From the NCBI GenBank assembly GCA_947258655.1, contig CAMYJD010000001.1, positions 17,242 to 81,241 of the forward strand: a stretch of 64,000 nucleotides of DNA. Direction: 5' to 3'. The DNA comes from an uncultured Gammaproteobacteria bacterium (lineage in GTDB: Bacteria > Pseudomonadota > Gammaproteobacteria > JAADHQ01). Shown piece by piece: positions 42,442-53,731 of the stretch. Within the stretch, counting starts at the first letter, position 1. Every line of letters starts with the position of its first letter. The notes under the pieces are model-generated. The model worked only from the letters and a program-made list of their open reading frames with translations, was not told the origin of the DNA and did not search any database. Position numbers and translations under genes: made by a program.

Positions 42442-43971
42442 TCATTGTGCTTCGGCGAGCCTGGTCGAAGCTGCCTTAACAACGCTGCCAAGCCCGTCAT
42501 AATTACCATCCTTGACCAATTGATAGCCGGAAATATTATCATTGCTGGCGATAAAATGCTCCTCATACCACAATGGAACATAGGGCAGATCCTGCAATAA
42601 CAATTGCTGTATCTGCCTGTATAGGGTCGTGCGATGATCGATATCCACAGAAGCCTCCACCGCGTCGATGAGTCGATCAACCTGTGGATTACTGTAACGC
42701 CCGCGGTTCGCACCCTTGGGTGGAATCGACTGACTATGGAAGACATAGCGAAATATGTCTGGGTTCTTGATACCGACCCAGCTCAGGGAATACATCTGGA
42801 AGCGCCCGGACTTGATATCGCCGTAAAATGTGGCCCAGTCAAAACTGCGCAGCTTGACCTTAATGCCGACCCTGGCCAGTTGCTGCTGAAGAATCGTTGC
42901 GATACGGATACGAAAGGGATCGCTAGAGGTTTTATATTCCAATTGTAACGGATGTCCATGATGAAAACCGGCCTGCAGTAATAATTCGCGCGCACGCGAG
43001 GGTTGATATGTATATCCCGGCACTGACTTGAGTCCGGCCCAGTGCTCAGGAGTCAGTATTGAATTTGCTACCACCGTTCTGCCGCCCAGCAGATTCCGAA
43101 TTATTGATTTTCTGTCCACGGCATAGGCTATAGCCTGGCGCACCCTGATATCCATTAATGCCGGATCATTCTGGTTGAAGCCCAGATAACTGAAGTTATT
43201 TCCGTCAAGATGTTCGACACTAACTGCATCCTTTTTCTCCAGATAATGCACCAGTTCCCTGGGCAGATCATTCTGGAGCATATCGATCTCGCCACGCAGC
43301 AATTTCAATACGCGTACCGTAGCATCCTGAACATGAATAAACTCGACCCGTTGCCCATCCTCGCGCCTTTGTATTATAAGCCTGTCCTGGCTGGGCCATT
43401 CAACAAATCTGAACGGGCCACTACCCATAGACCGTGTAGTCAATATCTCGCCCTGCTCTACTATGTTTGTCGGTACGATACCTATGACAAGATTGGCGGG
43501 GAATAGCGGATCCGCCTTGTGTAGATGAAAATCAATATTATCATCATCGATTGCATCGATTCTGGCTATATTGAGCAAGGAACCCCGATGCGGTGAGGCA
43601 TTGGCCGGATCGAGGATAAATTCATAGGTCGCCTTGACATCGACACTGGTCAACTGCTCTCCACTCTCAAAACGACGTCCATGATCGCGCAGCTGGAATC
43701 GATAAACAGTCGCGGAGAGTAATTGCCAGTCGGCCAGGGAAGGTATCGGCTGGAAGTGTTCATCAAAATCAACCAGACGTTGGTATAACAGACGATTAAT
43801 ACGGGACGACGTCGCATCTGTTGCAAACCGGGGATCGAGACTGATCGGAGCACTGGCCAGGCCAAAACGCACCGCACTGCTCTGTGGCGAACTGCAGGCC
43901 GTGATGACGAATATACTCAGTATAAGTATATTCGCTGCCAACAGCCTGAAGCACTCCGTATGTGGATGCAT
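42442..43971 (-). CDS. ABC transporter substrate-binding lipoprotein, solute-binding family 5 (peptide/opine/nickel)
   Basis: 509 aa, lipobox 'ITAC'. Its start overlaps the CYTH gene stop. Confidence 0.85.
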   Translation of the reverse strand: MHPHTECFRLLAANILILSIFVITACSSPQSSAVRFGLASAPISLDPRFATDATSSRINRLLYQRLVDFDEHFQPIPSLADWQLLSATVYRFQLRDHGRRFESGEQLTSVDVKATYEFILDPANASPHRGSLLNIARIDAIDDDNIDFHLHKADPLFPANLVIGIVPTNIVEQGEILTTRSMGSGPFRFVEWPSQDRLIIQRREDGQRVEFIHVQDATVRVLKLLRGEIDMLQNDLPRELVHYLEKKDAVSVEHLDGNNFSYLGFNQNDPALMDIRVRQAIAYAVDRKSIIRNLLGGRTVVANSILTPEHWAGLKSVPGYTYQPSRARELLLQAGFHHGHPLQLEYKTSSDPFRIRIATILQQQLARVGIKVKLRSFDWATFYGDIKSGRFQMYSLSWVGIKNPDIFRYVFHSQSIPPKGANRGRYSNPQVDRLIDAVEASVDIDHRTTLYRQIQQLLLQDLPYVPLWYEEHFIASNDNISGYQLVKDGNYDGLGSVVKAASTRLAEAQ

Positions 43972-44438
43972 TACCAGTCCTTATATGGGTGTTTTACAAG
44001 TGAGACATTATAATAACGAACGTCATCCGTCACATCTTCACCAACCCAATCCGGCAATACTATTTGCTCATCGACGCTATCCAGTTCTATTTCTGCGACC
44101 TCAAGACCAACATTATCGCCAGCAAAAATATCCACCTCCCACAACTTGTTCTGATGCATCACATGATAGCGGGTTTTTTCAATCAACGGCTTGATACATA
44201 ATTTCTGCAACATGTCCCTGGCTTCTTCCAGCGGCACGGGGTACTCATATTCAAGTCGGTGTATGCCGGGGTTTGCACTCTTGATATTGATATTGGCCTT
44301 GTCACCCTCAATACGCACACGCACCGATGCAGGCCCGGACTGGCTCAGATACCCCTGGCAAAATTTTGTACCCTGATTGGCGCTGGCGCGCCAGTGATCA
44401 TTGCGCAACAGGAATTTACGCTCTATCTCTATACCCAT
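43971..44438 (-). CDS. CYTH-domain protein (triphosphate tunnel metalloenzyme; CyaB/YgiF-like)
   Basis: 155 aa with the hallmark N-terminus 'MGIEIERKFLL'. First gene of the minus-strand operon. Confidence 0.8.
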   Translation of the reverse strand: MGIEIERKFLLRNDHWRASANQGTKFCQGYLSQSGPASVRVRIEGDKANINIKSANPGIHRLEYEYPVPLEEARDMLQKLCIKPLIEKTRYHVMHQNKLWEVDIFAGDNVGLEVAEIELDSVDEQIVLPDWVGEDVTDDVRYYNVSLVKHPYKDW

Positions 44439-44900
44439 GACTTAATCATTATCCATATATTTCAATTTGTTATAAGATCTTTATCAATACACCTCGAATA
44501 TAATGGTACCCTAAACCCTGTCTTTTGACACCTGACACGCACGCTAATGAGGTATATATCATGGCATTGTTTAGCGTAAAGAATGATTTGTACCCGCTAT
44601 ATAAACATCCATATACCATGTACTATTTAGCGTTGTATCCTTAACTTTTTCAGGTACTCAACCGATATACACGTAAACATGGCGTATATTAAATAGCATA
44701 CCTATGTAGTAACCGTAATCATTCAGGTGACGTGAGCTAAGAGTGGCCGGGAACGGGATTAAGCGCTGTTGTTAGATAAAATTTTTACCGGCACATTTAA
44801 ATCCTGGTCCTGGTAACGTAAAATATAGCTGGTACATACTATTTAATCGTTGTACGTTATTTTATATCTTCACCGACGAAACATTATTAAACAGACACAG

Positions 44901-45341
44901 ATGCACTTAAATAAAATATCGACATACTTCTGTTTGACCGGCATTGTTTTGCTGCTTGGCGCATGCAGCACTCCATCAGACCGGACATTCAAGCAAGAGG
45001 CAGAAAAAATTGCAAACCAGCTGCTGGATACAATGGCAGCAGAAAACTATACAGACGCTGTAAAACTTTATGACCAGCGCTTTTTTGAGCGTATCACGCC
45101 TGCGGAATGGCAGACCATCCTGAAGAGGTTAAATGAAAAGTTCGGCAGCTACCATTCTCGCAAACAAACGGCTTCGAATGTCAAACATGGCTTCAGCACC
45201 ATCAGCAAAGCGACGACGGTACTCGTATATCATGTCCAGTATCAGAGTAATTATACCGTGCAGAAGTTTACTTTTATGTCCGATGAGAAGGCACAAAATA
45301 TGACCCTGGTGGGTCACTATATTGATTTTCCGGAACAGTAA
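44901..45341 (+). CDS. Hypothetical lipoprotein
   Basis: 'MHLNKISTYFCLTGIVLLLGACS', lipobox LLGAC. The upstream TTG extension in the ORF track was rejected. Confidence 0.55.
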   Translation: MHLNKISTYFCLTGIVLLLGACSTPSDRTFKQEAEKIANQLLDTMAAENYTDAVKLYDQRFFERITPAEWQTILKRLNEKFGSYHSRKQTASNVKHGFSTISKATTVLVYHVQYQSNYTVQKFTFMSDEKAQNMTLVGHYIDFPEQ

Positions 45342-45358
45342 AAATATAAAACGCAATA

Positions 45359-46699
45359 CTACTTTCTGACAAACAGCGCCATTGATTCTACATGCGCAGT
45401 ATGCGGAAACATATCCATCACTCCTGCCGAATCCAGTACATAACCGAAACGATTGACGAGTTCACCGGCATCACGTGCCAATGTAGCCGGGTTGCAGGAT
45501 ACATAGACAATACACTCGGGCGTCATTTCTGCAACGGTCTGCATGACTTCTAGTGCACCGGGACGGGCCGGGTCGATCAGAATCTTGTTGTAACGCCGTT
45601 GCCCCCAGTGCACATCGGCCAGATCATGGGTCAGGTCCTGCACATGGAACTCGGCATTATCAATACCGTTCAGTCGTGCATTTTCCGTGGCCCGGTTGAT
45701 CAATCCGGCGTCGCCTTCAATACCAACAACATATGCGGCACGGGTCGCCATCGGTAAGGAAAAATTACCCAGACCGCAAAACAGATCCAGGACCTGATCA
45801 TTCTTGTTGAGTGCAAGCAGGTCGAGCGCCTGACGGATCATCTGTTGATTTATTGCGGTATTGATCTGGGTAAAGTCTGTCGGTAGAAATTGCAGTGACA
45901 AGTCAAAATCCGGCAAACGATAACGCAGTACCGATGTGTCCGGGAATAACAAATGCACACTATCGGGACCAGCAGGCTGTAGATAGATATGAAATTGATG
46001 TTCACGGGCCAGTTCAATAAGCTTGTATCTGTCATCATCCTCCAGTTCGACAAGGTTGCGAAATACCAGTGCCACCACATCCTCGGTAATGGCAACTTCA
46101 ATCTGGGCGATCTTGTTGTAGGCCTTCAGGCTCTGGATACATACCGCAATACTATCAATCTTGTGCCCTACCCTGGGATCGAGCACTTCACAGCGATCCA
46201 TGTCTGCCAGAAAAGGGCTGTGTTTTTCACGAAAACCGACCAATACACGTTGTTTCTTGTTAACGAACCTGACACCCAGCCTGGCCTTGCTGCGATATCC
46301 CCAGAATTCCGCCACCAGCGGTTTTAAAATATGTTCAGGTTCAACCTGTCCTGTCCTGGCCAGCAAATTAAGCAGAATTTCCTGTTTAGAATGAATCTGT
46401 TTTTCGGGTGACATATGCTGCATGCTACAACCGCCGCAGATCGCGTGAAAGCTGCAACGAGGTTCGATGCGGTCAACAGATGGTTCCAGCACCTCTTCGA
46501 CCTTGCCCTCATCGAAGTTGCGATGGGTGGCGACATACCTGAAGCTGATTTTTTCACCCGCCAGGGCGCCATCGACAAATACCACCTTGTCATCGATATG
46601 GGTAATTCCCCGGCCATCATGAGAGAGTGATTCAATCCTGCTGACAATGGGATCGGCATTAAGCTTTGCGGATTTTCGACGCCTGCGGGCCATACTCAA
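45359..46699 (-). CDS. rlmD: 23S rRNA (uracil1939-C5)-methyltransferase RlmD (RumA)
   Basis: 446 aa. TRAM domain, Fe-S cysteines 'CSFHAICGGC', SAM-dependent methyltransferase fold. Divergent from barA, as in E. coli. Confidence 0.9.
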   Translation of the reverse strand: MSMARRRRKSAKLNADPIVSRIESLSHDGRGITHIDDKVVFVDGALAGEKISFRYVATHRNFDEGKVEEVLEPSVDRIEPRCSFHAICGGCSMQHMSPEKQIHSKQEILLNLLARTGQVEPEHILKPLVAEFWGYRSKARLGVRFVNKKQRVLVGFREKHSPFLADMDRCEVLDPRVGHKIDSIAVCIQSLKAYNKIAQIEVAITEDVVALVFRNLVELEDDDRYKLIELAREHQFHIYLQPAGPDSVHLLFPDTSVLRYRLPDFDLSLQFLPTDFTQINTAINQQMIRQALDLLALNKNDQVLDLFCGLGNFSLPMATRAAYVVGIEGDAGLINRATENARLNGIDNAEFHVQDLTHDLADVHWGQRRYNKILIDPARPGALEVMQTVAEMTPECIVYVSCNPATLARDAGELVNRFGYVLDSAGVMDMFPHTAHVESMALFVRK

Positions 46700-46863
46700 A
46701 CCATAATATTTTTACTGCAACAACGACAAACATGGCAAGTGATCCAGTCCGCAGCTTGCATATTCAACAAATAATACCGATACAGAAAAATCAGAAGCAT
46801 TGGCAGGAACTGCTGATAACATGGGTAATGAAATCAGCCATACAAAACAGGACCTGCTCACAT

Positions 46864-47763
46864 TCAATCCGGAAATACACCTGTAGACAGGTAACGATCA
46901 CCACGATCACATATTATACTGACAATTACTGCATTTTCGAGTTCATGTGATAATTTCAATGCCGCTGCAACTGCACCACCCGATGAGATACCCGCGAATA
47001 TACCCTCACGTGCAGCCAGCTCACGCGTGGTTTGCTCGGCCTCTAGCTGACTGACATCGATGGTCCGGTCCACGCGTGCCTCATCATAGATACGCGGTAA
47101 GTATTCCTGCGGCCAGCGGCGAATACCAGGTATTGAGGAACCCTCACTGGGCTGTACGCCAACGATCTGAATCGCGCTATTCTGCTCCTTCAAATAACGT
47201 GAATTGCCCATTATCGTGCCGGTAGTTCCCATCGCACTGACAAAATGGGTAATCTTGCCATGTGTATCGCGCCAGATCTCGGGGCCGGTGCCCTGGTAAT
47301 GTGCCAGCGGGTTATCCTGGTTGGAAAACTGGTCCAGGATCAGGCCTATACCCTGCGCTTGCATCTCGCGCGCCTTATCAATGGCGGCCTCCATACTGCC
47401 TTCACGCGGGGTCAGAATAATCTCTGCGCCAAAGGCCTTCATCATCGCCCTGCGTTCTACACTCATATGCTCAGGCATGACCAGTATCATATGATAACCC
47501 TTGATCGCCGAGGCCATCGCCAGAGCAATACCGGTGTTCCCGCTGGTAGCCTCAATCAGGGTATCCCCCGGCTTGATTTCCCCACGGGCCTCGGCATGCT
47601 GTATCATGCTGAGCGCGGGTCGATCCTTGACAGAGCCTGCCGGGTTATTCCCCTCGAGCTTGACCAGTATCACATTGCTGGTATCTCCGGGCAGGCGTTG
47701 TAGTCTTGCCAATGGGGTATTACCGACAAAGTCTTCAATTGTAGGAAAAGTCTGCGCATTCAT
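46864..47763 (-). CDS. cysM: Cysteine synthase (CysM/CysK family, PLP-dependent)
   Basis: 299 aa, 'NPAGSVKDRPALSMI', 'TSGNTGIALA'. Confidence 0.88.
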   Translation of the reverse strand: MNAQTFPTIEDFVGNTPLARLQRLPGDTSNVILVKLEGNNPAGSVKDRPALSMIQHAEARGEIKPGDTLIEATSGNTGIALAMASAIKGYHMILVMPEHMSVERRAMMKAFGAEIILTPREGSMEAAIDKAREMQAQGIGLILDQFSNQDNPLAHYQGTGPEIWRDTHGKITHFVSAMGTTGTIMGNSRYLKEQNSAIQIVGVQPSEGSSIPGIRRWPQEYLPRIYDEARVDRTIDVSQLEAEQTTRELAAREGIFAGISSGGAVAAALKLSHELENAVIVSIICDRGDRYLSTGVFPD

Positions 47764-47873
47764 GGATTATTTCCGAAGATCCGGGCTGAATTGAGCTTGC
47801 ACCATTAAATTCAAGTAATTATCATTAAGATTCAACATGTTACTATATCCAGGCATAGACTGAAACAAGCATT

Positions 47874-50627
47874 ATGATGAATTGGGGTTTTCGCGGAAAA
47901 GTTATTCTGGCATCACTTATCCCGGTGTTGCTAATGGCAGGTATTATCTCATTTGCGACCATCAATTACCAACTGGGCCAGCAACAACGTGCATTCCAAC
48001 TCCAGGCGCAGAGTATCAGCAGGTTGCTGGCCGGTGAACTGGGAAATTCTGAAATGTATAAAAACCCGCAGCTGCTGGAAACTATATTAAATCGTTATCA
48101 GAAAGAAGCCTATGTATCCGGCATCATTGTCAGTGATATTAAAGACAGGCGAATCGGTCGCAGTGGCACTATTCCTGCCGCCAGTAGCCCGAATTATTAC
48201 CATACTTCATCGATAATACAGAAGACCTTAGATAGCAGCGCTCCCAGCAAACATTCAAGACCACATGTAATCCTGGGTACTGTAAAAACCTACTTCTCTA
48301 ATCAACATCTTGTGGTGGCCAGGAAAAATTTGATAAGACATGCGGCGACCATATCTCTTGTAGCGATTGTTGCCGGTGTACTGATAGCACTCGCCTTCTA
48401 CAGATCAATAATACAATCTGTCAGTAATCTCAAGCGAGCTATTCATATGATCAGCCAGGGAAGGTTCGATACCAGAATAGCAAGCACCTCCTATGATGAA
48501 ATCGGTATGCTGGAAAAGGATATCAATGAAATGACAGCGGTATTGCAGGATATACAGGATGACATGCAACAGAGGATCGAGGCAGGTGAAAAACAACTAC
48601 GGGATTCACTGGCAGAAATAGAAAGCAAAAATGAGGAATTTCTGCAAGCAGGCAAAAAAGCAATGGAAGCCGTGCGTATCAAATCCGACTTCATGGCCAA
48701 TATGAGCCATGAAATCAGGACTCCGATGAATGGCATCATCGGATTTGCCAACTTGTTGCTGAAAAGTAAACTGACTCATGAACAACTTGAATACACACAG
48801 ACCATCAAGACATCCGCTACCAATCTGCTGGCGATAATCAATGATATCCTCGATTTCTCCACACTCGAGTCTGGTGAATTAGCCATTGAAAACAGCGACA
48901 TTAACCTGCATGAAGTAATAGAGGATGTTGTTAATTACATGTCCACATCTGCTCATGACAAGGGGCTCGAACTGCTGCTGATATTTTATGATGATGTGCC
49001 GGAATATATTGTTTCAGACGCCGTCAGGATAAGACAAGTTGCTTCACACCTGATCGCCAATGCCATTAAATTCACCAGGCAGGGACAGATTATTGTACGT
49101 GTAATGCTGGAAGATGAGAATGATGATCAATGCGAGATCAAAATAAGCGTTCAGGATAATGGCATTGGGCTGAGCCTGAAAAACCAGAAAAAGTTATTTA
49201 CCGCCTTCAACCAGGCTGACACGACCACGACCAGGGAATTTGGCGGTGCTGGGCTAGGACTTGTTATCTGCAAGGGTATCGCCGAGAGAATGAATGGCAG
49301 TATCGGACTACAAAGCAAACTCGCACTCGGCTCAACATTCTGGTTCCAGTTCCCCACTCATAAACAAACCGGCAGGCTGGTGATCCAGACACAGGATGCG
49401 CTTACCGGAATGCGATGCTTGCTTTACGACTGCAATGAAATATCCAGAAATATCCTCGCCCATCACTTGCGTAGCTGGAATCTGGAATTAACTGAAACCG
49501 ATTCTGCGGATGAAGTGGCCCAACTAGTCAATCATGCAAGGAACGAAAGAGAACCTTTTCAGTTCATTATATTGAGCCTCAGCAATCAGGAATTAATCAA
49601 TAACTCCATATCCTTAATACTGGAAAATATTATCGATGAGCACCATTATGCATTTGTCACATTAATAAACTCTACCGACCAGAAAAGCTATGACGCATGT
49701 TTCCGCATGGGTGCCGATGTCTGTCTGCCAAAAAATATCCGCAAGAAAGACTTTTATCAAAGTCTATGCAATCTACTCCCCGATCATTTCAATCTTGCGG
49801 TCAGTGTCAATACAGAAATGCGTGAATTATCCACGACACCCTATGATCTCTCAGCATTAAAGATTCTTGTTGTTGATGACAACCGCATTAACCGTAAACT
49901 TGTTACTACCCTGCTGCAACAGAGTTTTGCCCAGGTATATGAAGCTACCACAGGAAAAGAGGCAGTTGACCTCGCACACACAAGCTCATACGACCTGATA
50001 TTCATGGATATCCACATGCCTGTTATGAACGGCATAGACGCCACCATAAAAATACGTTCTTCTGAACATGAGGAACAGCGAACGCCGATCATTGCATTAA
50101 CGGCAAATGCAGCTCCTGGAGAGCGAGAACGATTACTGAAATCGGGACTGGATGCCTGTCTTATCAAGCCGATACAGGAACAGGACCTGTGGGGAACAAT
50201 CATAAAATGGGTCGAGCCAACAAAAATAAAACCTATACAATTTAAAAGAAAGTTACCTGGAAAACAGTTATCCGAATCATCCCAGCAGATCAGCTATACT
50301 CAACATGCCCTTGGCCGCATCGATACCGATCAGGCACTCGAATTTGCAGGTGGCAACAAGGAACTGGCCAATGAACTGTATAGTATGTTTATCGAAGACT
50401 TGCCAAACATGAAACAGAAATTGATCGATGCATTTGAAAAAAACGACCTCTCATTGATCGAGGAAGAAGCACACAAGATACACGGTGCGGCTTCCTGCTG
50501 CGCCGTATCGCAGATCAAGCTTGCTGCCAACAACCTGGAAAAGGCCACAATCAGAACCAGGATCGACGAGATTCCACAGTATTATCAGTTATTGATAGGT
50601 ACAATTGACCAGATGCTGAATGATTAG
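47874..50627 (+). CDS. barA: Hybrid sensor histidine kinase, BarA/GacS family (TM-HAMP-HisKA-HATPase-REC-HPt)
   Basis: 917 aa. H-box 'MSHEIRTPMNGIIG', receiver domain 'ILVVDDNRINRKL...DLIFMDIHMPVMNG', C-terminal HPt domain 'HKIHGAAS'. Confidence 0.85.
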   Translation: MMNWGFRGKVILASLIPVLLMAGIISFATINYQLGQQQRAFQLQAQSISRLLAGELGNSEMYKNPQLLETILNRYQKEAYVSGIIVSDIKDRRIGRSGTIPAASSPNYYHTSSIIQKTLDSSAPSKHSRPHVILGTVKTYFSNQHLVVARKNLIRHAATISLVAIVAGVLIALAFYRSIIQSVSNLKRAIHMISQGRFDTRIASTSYDEIGMLEKDINEMTAVLQDIQDDMQQRIEAGEKQLRDSLAEIESKNEEFLQAGKKAMEAVRIKSDFMANMSHEIRTPMNGIIGFANLLLKSKLTHEQLEYTQTIKTSATNLLAIINDILDFSTLESGELAIENSDINLHEVIEDVVNYMSTSAHDKGLELLLIFYDDVPEYIVSDAVRIRQVASHLIANAIKFTRQGQIIVRVMLEDENDDQCEIKISVQDNGIGLSLKNQKKLFTAFNQADTTTTREFGGAGLGLVICKGIAERMNGSIGLQSKLALGSTFWFQFPTHKQTGRLVIQTQDALTGMRCLLYDCNEISRNILAHHLRSWNLELTETDSADEVAQLVNHARNEREPFQFIILSLSNQELINNSISLILENIIDEHHYAFVTLINSTDQKSYDACFRMGADVCLPKNIRKKDFYQSLCNLLPDHFNLAVSVNTEMRELSTTPYDLSALKILVVDDNRINRKLVTTLLQQSFAQVYEATTGKEAVDLAHTSSYDLIFMDIHMPVMNGIDATIKIRSSEHEEQRTPIIALTANAAPGERERLLKSGLDACLIKPIQEQDLWGTIIKWVEPTKIKPIQFKRKLPGKQLSESSQQISYTQHALGRIDTDQALEFAGGNKELANELYSMFIEDLPNMKQKLIDAFEKNDLSLIEEEAHKIHGAASCCAVSQIKLAANNLEKATIRTRIDEIPQYYQLLIGTIDQMLND

Positions 50628-50651
50628 CGATCTATCAACCAGCAATCTAGC

Positions 50652-51401
50652 TTACTCGGCCAGCATTCGACCTTCCAGCATCAGGCGTTTCATTTCCCTG
50701 ACCGCCGCATCAAGTCCGCTAAATATTGAACGTGCAACAATAGCATGACCGATATTTAATTCAGCAATATCCCGGAGGGCAGCAATCTCGCGGACATTGT
50801 GATAGTGCAGACCATGACCAGCATTAACCTGAAGCCCCTGGTCTACGCCGATCTGGACGGCCCTGCTGATTCTTTCATACTCCAACTTTAGCTGTCCTGG
50901 ATCTTTGGCATCGGCATAATGCCCGGTATGTATTTCGATTACCGGCGCTCCTGCCCTGGCAGCAGCCAGCACTTGGCTTTCATCTGCATCAATAAACAAT
51001 GACACCCTGATAGCGGCATCTGCCAGGCGTCGGCAGGCTTGCTCTACACGCTTAAACTGACCATCGACATCCAGACCGCCTTCTGTCGTCAATTCCTCAC
51101 GTTTTTCCGGAACCAGACAGCAATCCTGCGGCTTGAGCTGCTCTGCAATACTCAGCATTTCATCTGTCACCGCCATCTCCAGATTCATTCTGGTCTGGAT
51201 AGTCTGCTTCAAACTCTGAACATCAAGGTCCTGAATATGTCGACGATCCTCACGCAAATGAACAGTGATCGCATCGGCGCCTGCCTGCTCGGCGACAAAG
51301 GCCGCATGGAGTGGATCCGGGTATTGGCTAAGCCTGGCCTGACGCATTGACGCAATATGATCGATGTTCACTCCAAGCAAAATGTCATTGTCTAGTTTCA
51401 T
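50652..51401 (-). CDS. pdxJ: Pyridoxine 5'-phosphate synthase
   Basis: 249 aa, '[15 protein letters not shown]', near-canonical PdxJ. Confidence 0.95.
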   Translation of the reverse strand: MKLDNDILLGVNIDHIASMRQARLSQYPDPLHAAFVAEQAGADAITVHLREDRRHIQDLDVQSLKQTIQTRMNLEMAVTDEMLSIAEQLKPQDCCLVPEKREELTTEGGLDVDGQFKRVEQACRRLADAAIRVSLFIDADESQVLAAARAGAPVIEIHTGHYADAKDPGQLKLEYERISRAVQIGVDQGLQVNAGHGLHYHNVREIAALRDIAELNIGHAIVARSIFSGLDAAVREMKRLMLEGRMLAE

Positions 51402-51447
51402 AGTCCTGATTTCTGTTACTTGTTTTTTACAATCCTGAGGATTAAAG

Positions 51448-52152
51448 CTAATAATACCTGAAAAGCTCCCTGGTCTTTAAGGGTTTTTCACCAATATAAC
51501 GGCTCAGAATATAGCGCATTAATAATTTACTCTCTTTTAACGCCCGCTCGCCACTCAATTTACCTGAGTGCATCAATAATAATGTTTCCCCGCTCAGTAA
51601 TACACCACCGCCTATGGGCCTGTCGGACCTGACTGGGCCGGATTCTGGCAAATAACAATACATCGACTGCGGATCAAGTGCGACACCATCCACATCCGTA
51701 TCCAGCATCATGCCGTAGCCCAATGCCTCGAGTATATTTTTCTCGTAATTTCTCAGCACAAGCTCCAGTACGCTCGCATCAGACAGGGCTTTAAGCGTGT
51801 TCTCATAGAGTTCGAAAATTTCCGCATGCGGATCATGGGGGTGTAATAAACGCGTCAACAGCTCATTGACATACAAAGCACTCATCAGGGCCTGTTCCTC
51901 CAGCACGAGTGGTGGCTCCGCTTCCTCCGCTACAGACAGGGTTTTCAGTTCGCCCCTGCCCACCCATGCAATAGATAGTTTTCTGAAAGGCTGTAAAAAG
52001 GTTTTACGTTGTTTCTTCCCTGACTTGAATCCTTTCGCCAACAGTGTCAAACGACCATGATCCGGTGTTATGAAATCTATCAGACCACTGCTTTCGCGAT
52101 AGCTTCTGACATGTAATACATAAGCTGACTGCAAGGTATCGTTCATTGGCAT
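51448..52152 (-). CDS. recO: DNA repair protein RecO
   Basis: 234 aa. Sits between era and pdxJ; N-terminal OB fold. Confidence 0.88.
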   Translation of the reverse strand: MPMNDTLQSAYVLHVRSYRESSGLIDFITPDHGRLTLLAKGFKSGKKQRKTFLQPFRKLSIAWVGRGELKTLSVAEEAEPPLVLEEQALMSALYVNELLTRLLHPHDPHAEIFELYENTLKALSDASVLELVLRNYEKNILEALGYGMMLDTDVDGVALDPQSMYCYLPESGPVRSDRPIGGGVLLSGETLLLMHSGKLSGERALKESKLLMRYILSRYIGEKPLKTRELFRYY

Positions 52153-52158
52153 AATTCA

Positions 52159-53061
52159 TCAGTCTATGTCGTCATATCCCATGCGTTTCATCAAGCTTTC
52201 ATTATCAGACCAGCCCTCTTTCACCTTGACCCAGAGCTCCAGATGTACCTTGCGTTCGAACATCTTTTCCATGTCTATCCGTGCACTTCTACCAATATCC
52301 TTGAGGACTTCGCCATTCTTGCCAATAACAATTTTCTTTTGTGTTTCCCGTTCAACCCAGATTACCGCTGCAATATGCAGCATATCTTTTTCGCTACTGA
52401 AACGCTCTATCTCGGTTGTTAATGCATAGGGTAATTCCTGTTGCAGACGTCGCATCAACTTCTCGCGGATAATCTCGGAAGCAATAAATCGCTCACTCTT
52501 GTCCGTGATCTGCTCCTCGGGGAACAGCGGGCCGCTTTCAGGTAGATAGTGCGCTATCAGATTTTGCAAACTATCGAGGTTATTACCTCTTTTGGCCGAC
52601 ACCGGAATGACTTCGGTAAACTCCATTTTATTACTCAGCTCTGCAATCTTGGGCAACAATTGCTCTTTCTGCTTCAATTGATCTACCTTGTTTATAACTA
52701 GCATGACTGGCACATGTTCACGCTTGAGCCGACGTACTACGTTTTCATCCTCTTTGGTCCATTTACTGATATCGACTACAAACAACACCAGGTCCACATC
52801 GCGAAGGACGGTAGTGGCAGCACGATTCATATAACGGTTCATTGCGGTCTTGCCACCCAGGTGCATGCCCGGGGTATCCACGTAGATGACCTGCAGATTC
52901 TGCTCAGACTTGATCCCCAAAATCCTGTGCCGGGTCGTCTGACGTTTTCTTGATGTGATGCTGATCTTTTGCCCAAGTATCTTGTTCATCAATGTAGACT
53001 TACCGACATTGGGACGACCGACGATGGCGACAAAACCACATTTTTCTGTTATGTCATTCAT
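52159..53061 (-). CDS. era: GTPase Era
   Basis: 300 aa, G1 'GRPNVGKST', C-terminal KH domain. Confidence 0.95.
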   Translation of the reverse strand: MNDITEKCGFVAIVGRPNVGKSTLMNKILGQKISITSRKRQTTRHRILGIKSEQNLQVIYVDTPGMHLGGKTAMNRYMNRAATTVLRDVDLVLFVVDISKWTKEDENVVRRLKREHVPVMLVINKVDQLKQKEQLLPKIAELSNKMEFTEVIPVSAKRGNNLDSLQNLIAHYLPESGPLFPEEQITDKSERFIASEIIREKLMRRLQQELPYALTTEIERFSSEKDMLHIAAVIWVERETQKKIVIGKNGEVLKDIGRSARIDMEKMFERKVHLELWVKVKEGWSDNESLMKRMGYDDID

Positions 53062-53731
53062 TTGTCAGTGCATTCAAGGTATTTTCGGCAGCCTGCTGCT
53101 CCGCCTTGCGACGGCTTGTGCCCTTTCCTGCCACCGCTGCGTCCAGCAACGTTACAGAACATTCCACGGTAAATGTCTGCGCATGTGCTTCGCCAGTAAT
53201 ATCAATCACATCATAGACAGGCAAGGGCAACTGCCGGGACTGCATATATTCCTGCAAACGGGTCTTGAAATCCTTGATAGATGATGCTTCCGGGAGTGTA
53301 GTCAGTTCCTGCTGATATAGGGCAAGAACCACTTGTTTGCAAGTTTCATAATCTGAATCCAGAAAAATAGCGCCAATTATAGCCTCCAGAGTGTCCGCAA
53401 GAATAGATGAACGCCTGAACCCGCCACTTTTCAATTCACCCGATCCAAGGATCAGATAGTCTCCCAACTCAAGGCGCTGCGCAAGTTCTGCAAGCTTGTC
53501 CCCCTTGACCAGACTGGATCGTAGCCGGCTTAACTCTCCTTCCGTTGCCTTGCCTTGATGCGCATACAAATACTCGCTAATGACAAGACTCAACACACTG
53601 TCTCCGAGAAATTCAAGTCTCTCATTATTTTTTTTCGCCGCGCTGCGATGCGTCAACGCTGTATTTAGGTATTCGGGGGATTTAAATTGATAGGCTAAAC
53701 GCCGTGCCAACTCCTCAGCAGGTTTTCTCAA
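53054..53731 (-). CDS. rnc: Ribonuclease III
   Basis: 225 aa, signature '[11 protein letters not shown]', plus a dsRBD. Confidence 0.95.
   Translation of the reverse strand: MRKPAEELARRLAYQFKSPEYLNTALTHRSAAKKNNERLEFLGDSVLSLVISEYLYAHQGKATEGELSRLRSSLVKGDKLAELAQRLELGDYLILGSGELKSGGFRRSSILADTLEAIIGAIFLDSDYETCKQVVLALYQQELTTLPEASSIKDFKTRLQEYMQSRQLPLPVYDVIDITGEAHAQTFTVECSVTLLDAAVAGKGTSRRKAEQQAAENTLNALTNE

Noticed and set aside
44850-44900. TTG-initiated N-terminal extension of the lipoprotein ORF
   Set aside because: The extension would bury the lipobox signal peptide 50 nt in. The ATG at 44901 gives a canonical 22-aa lipoprotein signal.
46666-46950. 94-aa plus-strand ORF in the rlmD-cysM gap
   Set aside because: It overlaps the cysM 3' end antisense, has no RBS and has odd composition.
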